Source of the DNA: Octopus vulgaris
Taxonomy: Eukaryota
Length of the DNA stretch: 64,000 nucleotides
Direction of reading: 5' to 3'
Assembly (NCBI GenBank): GCA_951406725.2
Contig: OX597814.1
Location: 23,870,001-23,934,000, forward strand
Part shown: piece after piece, positions 27,076-38,882 of the stretch
How the letters are laid out: each line of letters starts with the position of its first letter
Position numbering within the stretch: position 1 is the first letter of the stretch
The notes under the pieces: generated by a model
Database searches by the model: none
Told to the model about the DNA's origin: nothing
What the model saw: the letters and a program-made list of their open reading frames with translations, nothing else
Position numbers and translations under genes: made by a program

Positions 27076-27794
27076 CTTTCCTTCCTTCCTTTCTTCTTTC
27101 TTTCCTACTTTCTTTCTTTTCTTCCTTCTTTCTTTCTTTCCTTTCTTCTTTCCTTCTTCTTTGTTTCCTTTCTCCTTTCCTTCCTTCCTTTCTTCTTCAC
27201 ACACACCATTACTGCTTTCTCTCTCCCTATCCACCATCTCATTCTCTCCCTCCAACTTTCACACAGAAACACACTTATGCACACAACCAATACACTCTCT
27301 CGTGCACACTCAACTAGTATACCTTCTCTTCATCTCCCATGACCAGTGCACACACAAACACATACACTCTCACAAGTACACACATACACACACCCTCTCT
27401 CTCTCTCTCTCTCTTTCTCTCTCACTTTCTCTCATATCAGTAATTACTTTGTTTTGTTTTTATTTATAATTAAAGATAAACTAAGATTGAATTCGGGCTC
27501 TTTTAATTTTATTTATTAATGAATTCATGCAATCCTTCATACATCTCATCATTAAGTTCCTTTCCTCACTGTAACAAAAAGAAAACAATATTGCCATACA
27601 ATGTTAGCTATTCATTAGGGATCTTTCTGATACGTAAAAAATACATAAAATAATATGACTGTATCCTAGTTGAAACCTGTAAAATAAGATACATATCTGT
27701 ATGTTCATGAATTTTCTTCACTGGTATGCAATTGCCCCTAAAGAGTATGATGTTCAGCACACTGGCTATAATGATTTAAGTACATAAGTATTAA

Positions 27795-28497
27795 GATTTG
27801 CTGGTGTCATGTAACTGACGCCCATGTGTTGGGCCTCATGGAGGCAATGTGGCCGGTGTCATGTAACTAGCACCTGTGCTGGTGTTGTGTAACTAGCACC
27901 TGTGCCGGTGTCATGTAACTAACACCTGTGCCGGTATTGTGTAGCTAGCACCTAACCCTAACCCTAACCCTAACTGGTGTCATGTAACTAGCACCTGTGC
28001 CAGTATTGTGTAACTAGCACCTGTGCCAGTGTCATGTAACTAGCACCTGTGCCAGTATTGTGTAACTAGCACCTGTGCCGGTCTTGTGTAACTAGCACCT
28101 TTTGAGCATTGGGTCTCAAGGAGGCAATGTGACCAATGCTGGTATTGCATAACTAGCACCTGTGCTAGTGGAACATAAAAGGCACCTTTCAAGTATTGGG
28201 CCTCACAGTGACAATGACAAATGACTGTGACCTTCGGCAATATGTTGTGCTTGAGTAGAAGACACATCAAGCCAAGTGAAATCGTAGTCATGGTAGATAC
28301 TGGTATCATTCAACTGGCATGTAAAAGCACCCATTACACTCTAAAAGTGGTTAGCATTAGGAAGGGCATCCAGTGGTAGAAACAATGTCAAATCAGACTG
28401 GAGTCTGTGCAGCCTCTCGGCTTTCCAGCACTGGTCAAGCCATCCAATCTATACCAGCATGGACAACAGACATTAAATGATGAGGATGAAGATGATT
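27795..28497 (+). mobile_element. RTE LINE 3' UTR with expanded 26-bp minisatellite
   Basis: Unit ggtgtcatgtaactagcacctgtgc(c/t) starts at 27855, 27881, 27907, 27933 and onward; ends in the standard RTE tail with degenerate (GAT)n. Confidence 0.85.
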
Positions 28498-28543
28498 TGA
28501 AGTATTTTGTATAAGAGAGAAAATCTTCCTCAAGCTTTTACAA

Positions 28544-30070
28544 TTAAGAGGGTTGATGGAAAATTTCATAGGCTGTTCAAGATACTCTCATGGAATGTGA
28601 TTAAATATAAAATAAATGCACCCTTTTTAAAGCCTAGCTGTGATCATTGGCCCAGTTTCCCGGTTTCAATGGCGTATGTGTTTCCAGCTGGATGGGACGC
28701 CAGTCCATCACAGCGTTACGCATTTTTGCCAGCTGAATGAACTGGAGTAAAGGGGAAATGAATTGTTTTGCTCAAGAACACAACGCGTCACCTGCTCCAG
28801 GAATCGAAACCACAATCTTACAATCATGATGCAGACACCCTAGCCACTAAGCCATGCGCCTCCATGGAAGGTGATTAAATGAGGTTTATTTTTCAACATA
28901 GTCCTCTTACAGTCTTCCATCAGTGTTTCAGTGTGTGGATACTGTTGGTGAAGAAGCTTTCATCCTGTTGCTCAAAAGTCATCAAGGGCAGATATGACTT
29001 TATCATCATTACAAGCCAAGTCTTTTTCCCATGTTTGAGAACAGATTATAGTCAGATGGTGCCAAATCAGAAGAAAAGGGAGGGTGATCAAACAATGTGA
29101 AGCCACAGTCCCACACAGCAGCCATTGAAACAAAAGACTTGTGTGATGGAGCATTGTTCTGAAGAAACAAGACTCCTTTCATCAGTTTTGCTGGGCATCT
29201 TATCTTAATAGCCTTTCTTAAATGCCCCAGCAAGGAGGCATAATATCTCCATTGATAATGTGGCCTTTTTGAAGGTAGTCAATAGACACAATGCCTTTTG
29301 CATCCCCCAAAATCTGAGACCATCTTCTACCCTGCGCATGAAATGAACTTAGCCTTCATCAAATCAGGTGAGGACAAGTATTTCTACAACATCGATTGTC
29401 TCTTTGTCACTAGCTCAAAGTGGTGAACCCAACACACATCCTGAGTTAGGAAATGCTCAACGAAATCAGAGGGACCTGCCTCAAACTGTGTCTGACTTCC
29501 CTGTGATGTGATCAGCCTGGTGCACTTTTGATAAGGTATCAGAAAACATGGCACCCACTGAGCAGAAACCTTCATCGTGCCAAGTTCATTGTGCAGAATA
29601 TTCTGAACTCTCTCACAGGATATGCTAATAGCATTGGTAATTTATTTATCGTGAAATGCCTATCATACATCACCATGTGATAAGCATGATCAATGATTTC
29701 CTCAGTGGTGTCAATTGCAGGATGTCCAGATGTCGGGTTATGTTCAAGACTCACATTCCCCACATAAATTCAACAGCCTACTTCTGCAATATTGATAAAG
29801 CTGGGGCGTCGTCTCCTGAATGTCCTCAGGGACTAAATCTTTTTTCTACAGGTACTTGTTAACACTAGAATGCCAGATTTTGTCCACTTTCAAGAGAAAT
29901 TGCTGCTAGTTACTTTTACAGTGTTTTTAAACAGTCAGATGTCAGTTTTCCCAGGAAGAAACAATGTAGTTATTAATAAGAAGTGCTGAAATTAATGCAT
30001 GCAAGATTTCACAGCTCTAGCTTCACTGATTCATAATCAGTCTATGAACTTTTCAGCCCAGCTTCGTGTA
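28544..30070 (-). mobile_element. Near-full-length degenerate mariner transposon
   Basis: Motifs KVSAQWVP, FLTQDVCWVHHFE, LQNNAPSH and HPPFSSDLAPSDY on the minus strand; TIR relics gaaaatttcataggct (~28559) / agtctatgaacttttc (~30039). Confidence 0.9.
28607..28862 (-). mobile_element. tRNA-derived SINE inserted in the mariner element
   Basis: Flanked by catggaa(t/g)gtgattaaat at 28589-28606 and 28863-28880 (17/18 identical). Confidence 0.88.
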
Positions 30071-30793
30071 TATGTGGAATGGTCTAAACTGAGAATTTAA
30101 ACCATCACATGTCTTAGTCGTAGGAGGAAAAGTAGCACCCATGACCATTAGCAATGCCAAAATTGATAGCAGGAAGTGAGTTAGTCATTATCTATCAAGA
30201 GACTTGGTCCACATGCTTGTAACAGTGTAGATCCTACTAAAGTCACCTGAGAGATAAATAGTGATATTAAACTAGTTGAAAAATTCATTTACCACAAAGA
30301 ACTGACATAGTCTACCTGATGGATCTTTGAGCAATTTCTGATTGTCCAGTTTCACTGAGAATGTTGTGATCAAATTTATGTTATAAAAGAATACTCCTAC
30401 TCCAGAGTGTTGTGCAGTGAGGTCAAACCAAAACCATGTAATGGCAAAGCAAAGTAACTCAACCATATGGGCATGCCTGCTCTCATATAGCGTTACCCTT
30501 TATATAAATACGAACATTAAAAGCTTTCAAAGGTTTGATATATTCAAATATTATGTTAACATCAATTTATAACTACTTGGAGCACAAACAGCAGCAGCTG
30601 TAATATCACTTTCTCTTTTCTTGACTCATCCAAGCTCTATCATGTTTTTATATCACACTTCTAAAATCATTGGCATGGATAGATACAAATAATAAAGCAT
30701 AAAATCTTTTTGTATTAACACCAAATGCTTGCTTAGCGTGATAGCTTGCTGGTTGGTAGGTAATGGGATTTATTTTGTTATTTTTTCTCTTTC

Positions 30794-30824
<31 letters not shown>

Positions 30825-31378
30825 GAGTGAGAGAGCAGTTCATGCCATCAAAGTGACACTGGGATAAAATATACGAAGCCCAGTATACCCATCATGACTA
30901 CCCGTCTGATAAGGGTACACCAGGCACATGCATCACAACCATATGTGCGCGACATGGTGATCTCATATCAAGATAAACAGCACATGACCTTACAGGTGGA
31001 GCCCAGTTAGAATTTTCTTCAGATCGAGTAACCCATCCCGCTCAAAAGGTCCCTGAATAAGGGTTGTTTAAGGACGTTGAACGAAACACCCATGTTTCCA
31101 GAGGTGAATTATTCAAACCCCAAAGAATCCTTCTCAACACATGGCTATGATGCTCCCCCACTACTTCTGCTCGTGATAAGAGATGCACATATCGTCAGCC
31201 ACTAAGGGACATGGTCAACTGGTTAAGGTCAAACAACTGACAAGCAAATCTGTGGTATTGAGGAGAATATTTGCTGTAGCCCATCTTTTATACCAAGACA
31301 AAACAATGTACATGATAACACTTCCAATCAGTTAAGATCAGAAGCCATGAGAGCCACTGCCTGGTACTGCATCAGGGC

Positions 31379-31380
<2 letters not shown>
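30825..31380. mobile_element. 556-bp non-coding element inserted in an (ATT)n/(TAA)n microsatellite
   Basis: Complex GC-richer sequence with (att)n on both sides (30795-30824, 31381-31471); no ORF, TIR or tRNA head. Confidence 0.7.
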
Positions 31381-31471
<91 letters not shown>

Positions 31472-31604
31472 CATTTTGTTTTACACATACTTATTTTTGT
31501 AGGCATCAAAATTAATGCCAGTAAGTTTTGATTAACCATAACCCAAAAGCTACAGAAATCTTGATTCATTTTCATCTCCATTATTTTCATAGTTGCTGAA
31601 ATTC

Positions 31605-32162
31605 ATCATCATCCTCATCCTCATCCTCATCATCGTTTAACATTTGTTTTCCATGCTGGCATGGGTTGGACGGTTCGAATGGGGTCAGGGACGCCAGTAG
31701 GCTGCACCAGGCTCCAGTCTGATCTGACTGTGTTTCTACAGCTGGATGTTCTTCCTAATGCCAACCACTTCGAGAGTGTAATGGGTGCTTTTTACATGCC
31801 ACCAGCACAGGAGCCAGAGGAGACTGGCAATGGCCACGATCGATTGGTGCTTTTTATGTGCCACTGGCACAGAAGTCAGTCAAGGCAGTGCTGGCTTCAG
31901 CCACATTCGGATGGTGCTTTTTACGTGCCACCGGCACAGGGATTACAACTACAATTTCTATTTGATTTTGGTTTTGATGTACTTGACTCAACAGGTCTCC
32001 TCAAGCACAGCGTGTCACCCTATGATCCAAGGTACTTTTGAGTGGTGGTTATGCAACACTGGTGTAGGTTTCAGCTGTGAACTCACTTTAGTTGCTGGGT
32101 CTTCTCAGTCACAGTATATCTCCAGAAGTCCCGGTCTTTTGTCATTGCCTCTGTGAGGCCCA
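31605..32162 (-). mobile_element. RTE LINE 3' UTR fragment
   Basis: (cat/cct)n, then the RTE tail and internal ggtgctttttacgtgccac repeats. Confidence 0.88.
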
Positions 32163-32789
32163 AATTGTATGTTTTTAAATTGATTAAATCAATTTGTAAT
32201 TAAATCTTTTTTAAAATTTTACCCATAAAACAAGCTGCTGAATTTCCTTATTCATAGAGGTGATAGTAAGGCTTGATATTAACTGTTCATATTTAATTTT
32301 GGTAACATGTCTAAAAAACAATTTTTCTAAATGTCATCCAGAGGCACTAAATGTTTATTTTATATCTTCAGAGATGATGTTTTCATTTAATTAATTTTGT
32401 AATCAGATTAGAATTGGTCTTAGATCTTTTTTTCTACCTAACTCTCTGTTGGCAATTTCCCTAAATAATAGTATAGCAACCTATATATAATATATGATTC
32501 ATTTTACTATCAATATCTATTTCCATTTTTTTTATTCAGTATCATTTTTAATTGGTTCTGACAATAAAATGTTCAGCTTATTTTAAATGCTTTCAACACC
32601 TCATAATTAGTGAAAAAATATCGGACATAAATATATAATTAATTTGTTATGAAGACCTGTTTATATAAAGAGACAAATATCTTGAAAGTATCATTTTCAA
32701 AATACAATTTTGCTTGAAAATCTATTTTGTAATAACAATTAGGATAAAACTATTTGAATAAAAGGAGACATGCATGGAATGTTTGCAAT

Positions 32790-33110
32790 AATTTATGAAA
32801 GGTATGTTGAGTTGTATCTAATATTTAACTACTAAATATGTATGCAGCAAGAACAACTGAAATTCTTGCTAATTACAATGACCTGTAAACAATACAATAA
32901 TTTAAAGAAGTGTTATCTAAGAATGTATTATATAATTTATGAAGCATATCTTGTAATGTTATAATTTGTGAATGGTATCTTGAGGTGGAACTAGTATTTA
33001 ATTGCTAAATATGTATGTGGCACTAACAACTGAAATTCTTGCTAATTATAATGATATTACTTGACCTGTAAACAATACAGCAATGTAATGAAGTGTTATC
33101 TATAATAGAC
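32790..33110 (+). repeat. Diverged tandem duplication of unique DNA (~170-180-bp period)
   Basis: ctaaatatgtatg...aacaactgaaattcttgctaatta...tgacctgtaaacaatac...gaagtgttatcta occurs twice. Confidence 0.85.
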
Positions 33111-33363
33111 TAGAAGAAACAGAATCTTGTCTTACACATTATCATATATTTGTTATTTAATAAAGATTTTCAATTTCATTAGCAATCATGTAAATACTGA
33201 TACTCTAGCAAAATCTCTTCAAGAGGGCTAAACACATTTTCTTTTATAAAGCTTTATCATGACATTCTAGCATGGAATCTCTTATTCAACACTCCTCAGC
33301 TAAGTTGACTCTGTAAACAGCATTCCACCTATGAAATCTTCCACACATTCTGTTTGGTTTCTT

Positions 33364-33586
33364 ATTTCTTTATTGCCCACAAGGAGCTAAACATAGAGGG
33401 GACAAACAAGGACAGACAAAGGGATTAAGTTGATTAGATCAACCCCAGTGCGTAACTGGTACTTAATTTATCGACCCCGAAAGGATGAAAGGCAAAGTCA
33501 ACCTCGGTGGAATTTGAATGTAACGACAGACAAAATACCGCTAGGCATTTCGCCTGGCATGCTAACAATTCTGCCAGCTCACTGCC
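33364..33586 (-). mobile_element. SINE family B with 16-bp TSD
   Basis: TSD ttctgtttggtttctt at 33348-33363 and 33587-33602. Confidence 0.92.
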
Positions 33587-36500
33587 TTCTGTTTGGTTTC
33601 TTTCCAGTTTTGTACAGCATATATACAACAAAACTTCTCTCATAACTGTATTTCATTACAACAGCCTCCTCATATTCTTTAAGTTGCACCATGCAAAAAG
33701 TTCCTCTGTCACTACAAATATTAGCCTCACAATCCCTAATGATTATTTATGGTAACCCCATCACCACCACCACCACATGTATAATACTCCTGAAACTACA
33801 TTTTGAGATGCAGTTTCTGAGGACCAGAAAATATATCAGCTGTGATTAGCTAATACTTTACCGCATGTCTCAAATAAGACCCACATCAGGTCCCTTTTCA
33901 TATATCTGATTTGGTACTGCTGATACACACACACAAACTGCATTCCTAGAAGTTACCAAATAACAACCTGCAAATTACAGATATGCTGTTACCTCTTTTA
34001 CTTCTTTCACCACAATTTCAATAGCTTTTGATTTTCTAAATAAGCTAGTTGCCCACACAACCTATTGAAGTTGTCTCTCTTTATATCATTCCCAGTTGTG
34101 AAGGAAGCAGTACTAAAGTGGGGTGTGCTGGTATACTTTGGAAAGAGTGAAGAAAGAAATTGTCCTTGTGTCATTGATATTTGGTAGAATATTATTGTTC
34201 AAGTTATTTAATCTTTGGTAGCATGGCAGTCACTACTACAGTCTCAACATACACTTCATTAAAATTAGTAGACAAGAACTGGACTAGATCTGTATGATAT
34301 TAGTGGAATATCACGCTGATAGAATAACAGGACATTGTAAATGCTACAGTGTAATATGGGAACAAATCAGAAGTGATACCTTACTATAATGATATGATGA
34401 TAGAACTTGAAAAGATGCTAGGAACAAGGATGAAAGATACTGGAGCTTTGTGATACAATTAACTCTACTTGCCCAAAGCATTTTAAGTTTGTTCTAAACA
34501 TCCATGATTGTTTTCAGACTTTCAGTTAGCTCTTGTTTCGTATATTCTGAATAACATAAAGCTTTCCTTTCATTATTTCCCAAGGGGCTGAAAACAAAAT
34601 AGGAATGTTACCTAGTTATCCTAGGGGTTGAAAAAAATGGTAATGTGTACTGTATATGATGCATGGACACCAGAAAAATATGTGCTGTTACATGTGATAC
34701 ACGAGATAGGAAGAGGGTTAACTTCATTAAGAGAAATGCAAAATTCAGAATATCAATCAAATGTCATCTGCCAGTCATCAGAATTAGATTGACTTCCATA
34801 TTTTTGACAAAATAGAAATGAAGAAAAAGTCACAAATTTAAAGTCATTCAAGTAAGAATTCTATTTCAATTTCCAGTTTATGTGAAACTGAACTGTCTAA
34901 ATGTTATTGCAATGTCTACATGTGAAATAAATTCCTCTCTGGCTAATATATTGATCTATTATAGATACCCAAAGTTTTGTATATATTTTCAAAGTAACAT
35001 TAATGTAAACAAATATAGCACTTGGAATTAAGATAAAACACTTACAGCACATTTGAACTTATGACTCAGTATTACAATGATTTATTCATTAACCTAATTG
35101 CTTTTTTCTCTTTTAGATTAACGGTATATTCAAGTGTAAGGAAACTTTAACTTTTGGCATTTACTTCATAATTCATCATAAATTAAAGTATCAGGATTCT
35201 ACATCTAATAATTTTAATCACTTTGAAAGAGTTGTATTTAATATACAGAATATAGCTGATGCATGCAATTCCCTTGTTTACAGCTACTACTAACATTTTT
35301 CTTCAAAGTCATGAGAATGTGAAAGAAAATCTGTATATTTGTGATAAAAATAAAAGTCCAGTGAAAATAGTAAACTGGATGTAAATATATACCACCATCT
35401 ATGAAGTAATTAAGGTTATTCTTTTTGAAATTATTTTCTTTTTGTATTCATCAAAGCAATTGTTGGTCTATACCACATGCTATGCACACATGACAATGTA
35501 GATGATAAAAAAAATCACCCATTCTTTAACAATGTTTCTCCTTGAGTTGCTGGATATCATATTTCTTACCAAAAATACGATATATGTATATAAAATCATA
35601 CATTTTTATTTATAACTTTCAAAGAAATGTTACTCTTGTGTGATATTCAAACACTATAAAGGACTGAAGTATTAAGCATTATGGAATTGAGGTGGTGAGA
35701 GAAAAAAAGAAGTAACATCAATAATAATATCTTAGGAGTTATTACTTCCAACACAAACAACTGGCAACTTCAAAGATTATTATGTGTCTGATGAAAGTAT
35801 ATTACAAATTTGTTGAATGTTTGAGAATAAAATATACCTGGAAGGAAATGAAAGAGTAAAGAAAATGAAAACAAAATGCTATCATGAAAATCAAATAAGA
35901 ACATAGTTTCAATTTTGAAATGTGAAAGATATTTCTCTCTTTAAGGTAACTTAAAAGCATTATGAGTCAGAGCTCAAGTGTCAAATCAAATTTGCTGACA
36001 TATTTTCTTTTATCATAAGAAGAAAGCAATATGTTGTACAGTACTTAAAAAGATTCCTGGGCAGTGGACAAACAAGATTATATTTTATGTTCATGGTGAA
36101 ACAGCTTCGGTTTAGTTGCTAAAACAACTTTATTAGTATTGAACACCATATATTAGTACCAAAGCATTTGCCATGGAGTGGTTGGATACTAACAATTGAC
36201 ATTCATAATTTGAGTGAAGTGTTGGATGTTCAAACGTTAGGTTAAAATTACCCTTTTACAGCATATTTTTAAGAATGAATGCTGTGCTCTTGATTTTTCA
36301 AAAAAAAATAAAATAAACACTTGACCATTAGATATTTCGATGTGAACCATATAAAATATAAACTATAAATAACAGCATGCTATTACTTATAGTCTCTGTA
36401 TGCTTTGAGTTTCCATATTCCAAAAAAGAATTATTTTTCGTTTATCTTGAAGTTTCTTCATTGCTATAAAACATGAAAGTTTAAACATTTCAACATCTAT

Positions 36501-36651
36501 TACCAAAATTGAAATCGTGTAAGAGAATGTTAACATTATGGAACTAAGAGATGTTATGCTTTCTAATACATGAAAATACAGTGGAAGCTACTTATTGTGG
36601 TCACTTTAGGATAGATCCTTTTAGATAGCGATAATCAACTGATCTCATTAA

Positions 36652-36871
36652 CCTTTTCATTACTGTATTTATTTTGAGATGCTCAGTGTTTCTTTCAATT
36701 ACTTTAAATATAACAAAGAATTTAGTAAAATAACTTAGTTATCATTCAGCTAGTGTTAGGAACGTAAACTGTGACGAAGGTTTGGTGGAAGATTTTAATT
36801 CAAAACTTATGAAAACAAGACATTTGTACTCAGAGCCAGAATCAGTTTCAGCTGGGTTAGTAATGAATGGG
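36652..36871 (+). mobile_element. piggyBac-like MITE
   Basis: ttaa flanks; homologous to 21243-21463. Confidence 0.85.
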
Positions 36872-37910
36872 TTAAGAAAGAAACATACCAATACCCTGAC
36901 CATATATAAGATATTCTGATTTTGATGACAATGAATGTTTTCAAAGATAATCCATGATGGATATAAGGAATTTCTAGTGTATTTAAGTTCAAATTTATCA
37001 GGGTTGGTATAGCCTTCCATAATTTTGTAGCAATGGGTCAATATGATCTATATTCCCCATCAGCCAACATATGTTGCCTAACATGTTGGGAACTAATATT
37101 TAGAGATATTCTTACAAGATTCAACTCAAAAAGAAAAAGGGAATATTTGTAAATCAATAAAATTATTTTAATGATTAATTTATGAAAATTACTGCTTTTA
37201 AAAATGGGATGAAAATGTTTTGTGATTTAGAAAATAATCTTTTCCATAAAAAGCAACCATTAAATTGCATGTTCATTCAAGAAGGTTTGCATTTAGAATC
37301 TAAACAGAATAGATCATCAAGATCTCTATGGAGAAAAGTTAATCTAATGTAATTAATAATTGCTCTATAGAAGTTATACAAAAGTATTGATGAATTTAGT
37401 TATCCCTTTTTGTTTTTTCTCATTTATATTTTTTTCTAGAGGAAAATAACTAAGAATTATATTTAGAAATGTAAATCTGAAATGCCATCAAGCAGTTAAT
37501 AATTAATCAAGAGATTATTTATTTTCAATAAAAATTAGTATTTTCATGTGAAAATATAAAGGTTCTATTTTCATATTTAAATGATAAGGTATTTTGATGT
37601 TCATCTGCAATGTTCTTGTTCATAGGCAGAAGTATTGCTATTTTGCAAAACTAGAAAGTCCTAAGATCTGTAATTGATAACATATTGGTTTTTTCAGTGA
37701 ATAGTTAAGAAGAAACATGATATTATTCTTAAGACATTCTTCAAAAAATTACTTATATATAGTTAGCTTTATAAGCATTTTTTCAATTTTTGTAGGTATA
37801 AGATGTGAAATATAAACAACATAATGAAGAGAAACAATATTCGCAATCATTTAAAATATTTGAACTTAGTTCAGTATTTGATGGTAGATGAATATATAAC
37901 ATCATCATCA

Positions 37911-38882
37911 TCATCATCGTTTAACGTCTGTTTTCCATGCTGGCATGGGTTGGACAGTTCAACTGGGGGTCTGGGAAACCAGGAGGCTGCACCAGACTCC
38001 AGTCTGATCTGACAGTGTTTTCGACAGCTGGATGTCCTCCCTAATGTCAACCACTCTAAGAGTGTAGTGGGTGCTTTTTACATGTCACCAGCACAGGGGC
38101 CAGAGGGGGCTGGCATCGACCATGTTTGGATGGTGCTTTTACATGTTGCTGGCATGGGAGCCAGTCAATGTGGCGCTGGCATCGACCATGTTCAGATGGT
38201 GCTTTTCATATGCCAGTGGCACAGGAATCACTTTGAGCGAGGGGTAGTATCTCATCTAAGCATGCTCTCTCCCTATTTACTTGGGGGTGAAGGGGCTGGC
38301 CTCGACCACGTTTGGATGGTGCTTTTTACGTGCCACCAGCACAGGGAGCCAGACAGGCAGCACTGGCATCAGCCACAACTACAATTTCCATTTGCTGGTG
38401 GTTTGATTTGATTTTGATGGTGATGTTGATATACTTGACTGAATAGGTCTCACCAAGCACAGCATGTCACCCTACAATCCAAAAGGTACTTTTGAGTGGG
38501 ATTGTTATGTGACACTGGCACAGGCTACAGCTGCGATTTCACTTTATTTGCAGGGTCTTCTCTGTCACAGCATATCTCCAGAGGTCTTGGTCTTTTGTCA
38601 TTGCCTCTGTGAAGCCCAGTATTCAAAGGTCATGCTTCTCCACCTCATCCCATGTCTTCCTGGGTCTCCCTCTTGTATGGGTTCATCCAATTGTTTGAGA
38701 TGGCACTTCTTCACACATCTCTCCTCATCCATCTTTAGTACATGACCATACCAGTGCAGACATCCCTCTTGCACGCCATATCTGATGCTTCTTATGTCCA
38801 ACATTTCTCTCAGGGTGCTTATACTCTGTCATGTGTGCACACTGACATTACACATCCAGCAGATCATGCTAGCTTCATTTCT
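37911..38882 (-). mobile_element. RTE LINE 3' fragment (ORF end plus UTR)
   Basis: MLDIRSIRYGVQEGCLHWYGHVLKMDEERCVKK (RTE C-terminal LRWYGHV motif) plus UTR repeats and a (CAT)n tail. Confidence 0.9.

Noticed and set aside
27855-28170. CRISPR-like array
   Set aside because: Units are contiguous with no unique spacers, lie in an RTE 3' UTR, and the DNA is eukaryotic with no cas genes.
35117-35135. 19-nt microexon (branch point cctaat, pyrimidine tract, AG...gtaagg)
   Set aside because: Not frame-preserving and unsupported without RNA data.
35788-35810. CTGATGA hammerhead seed (also 56756 and 8538)
   Set aside because: No properly placed GAAA and no flanking stems.
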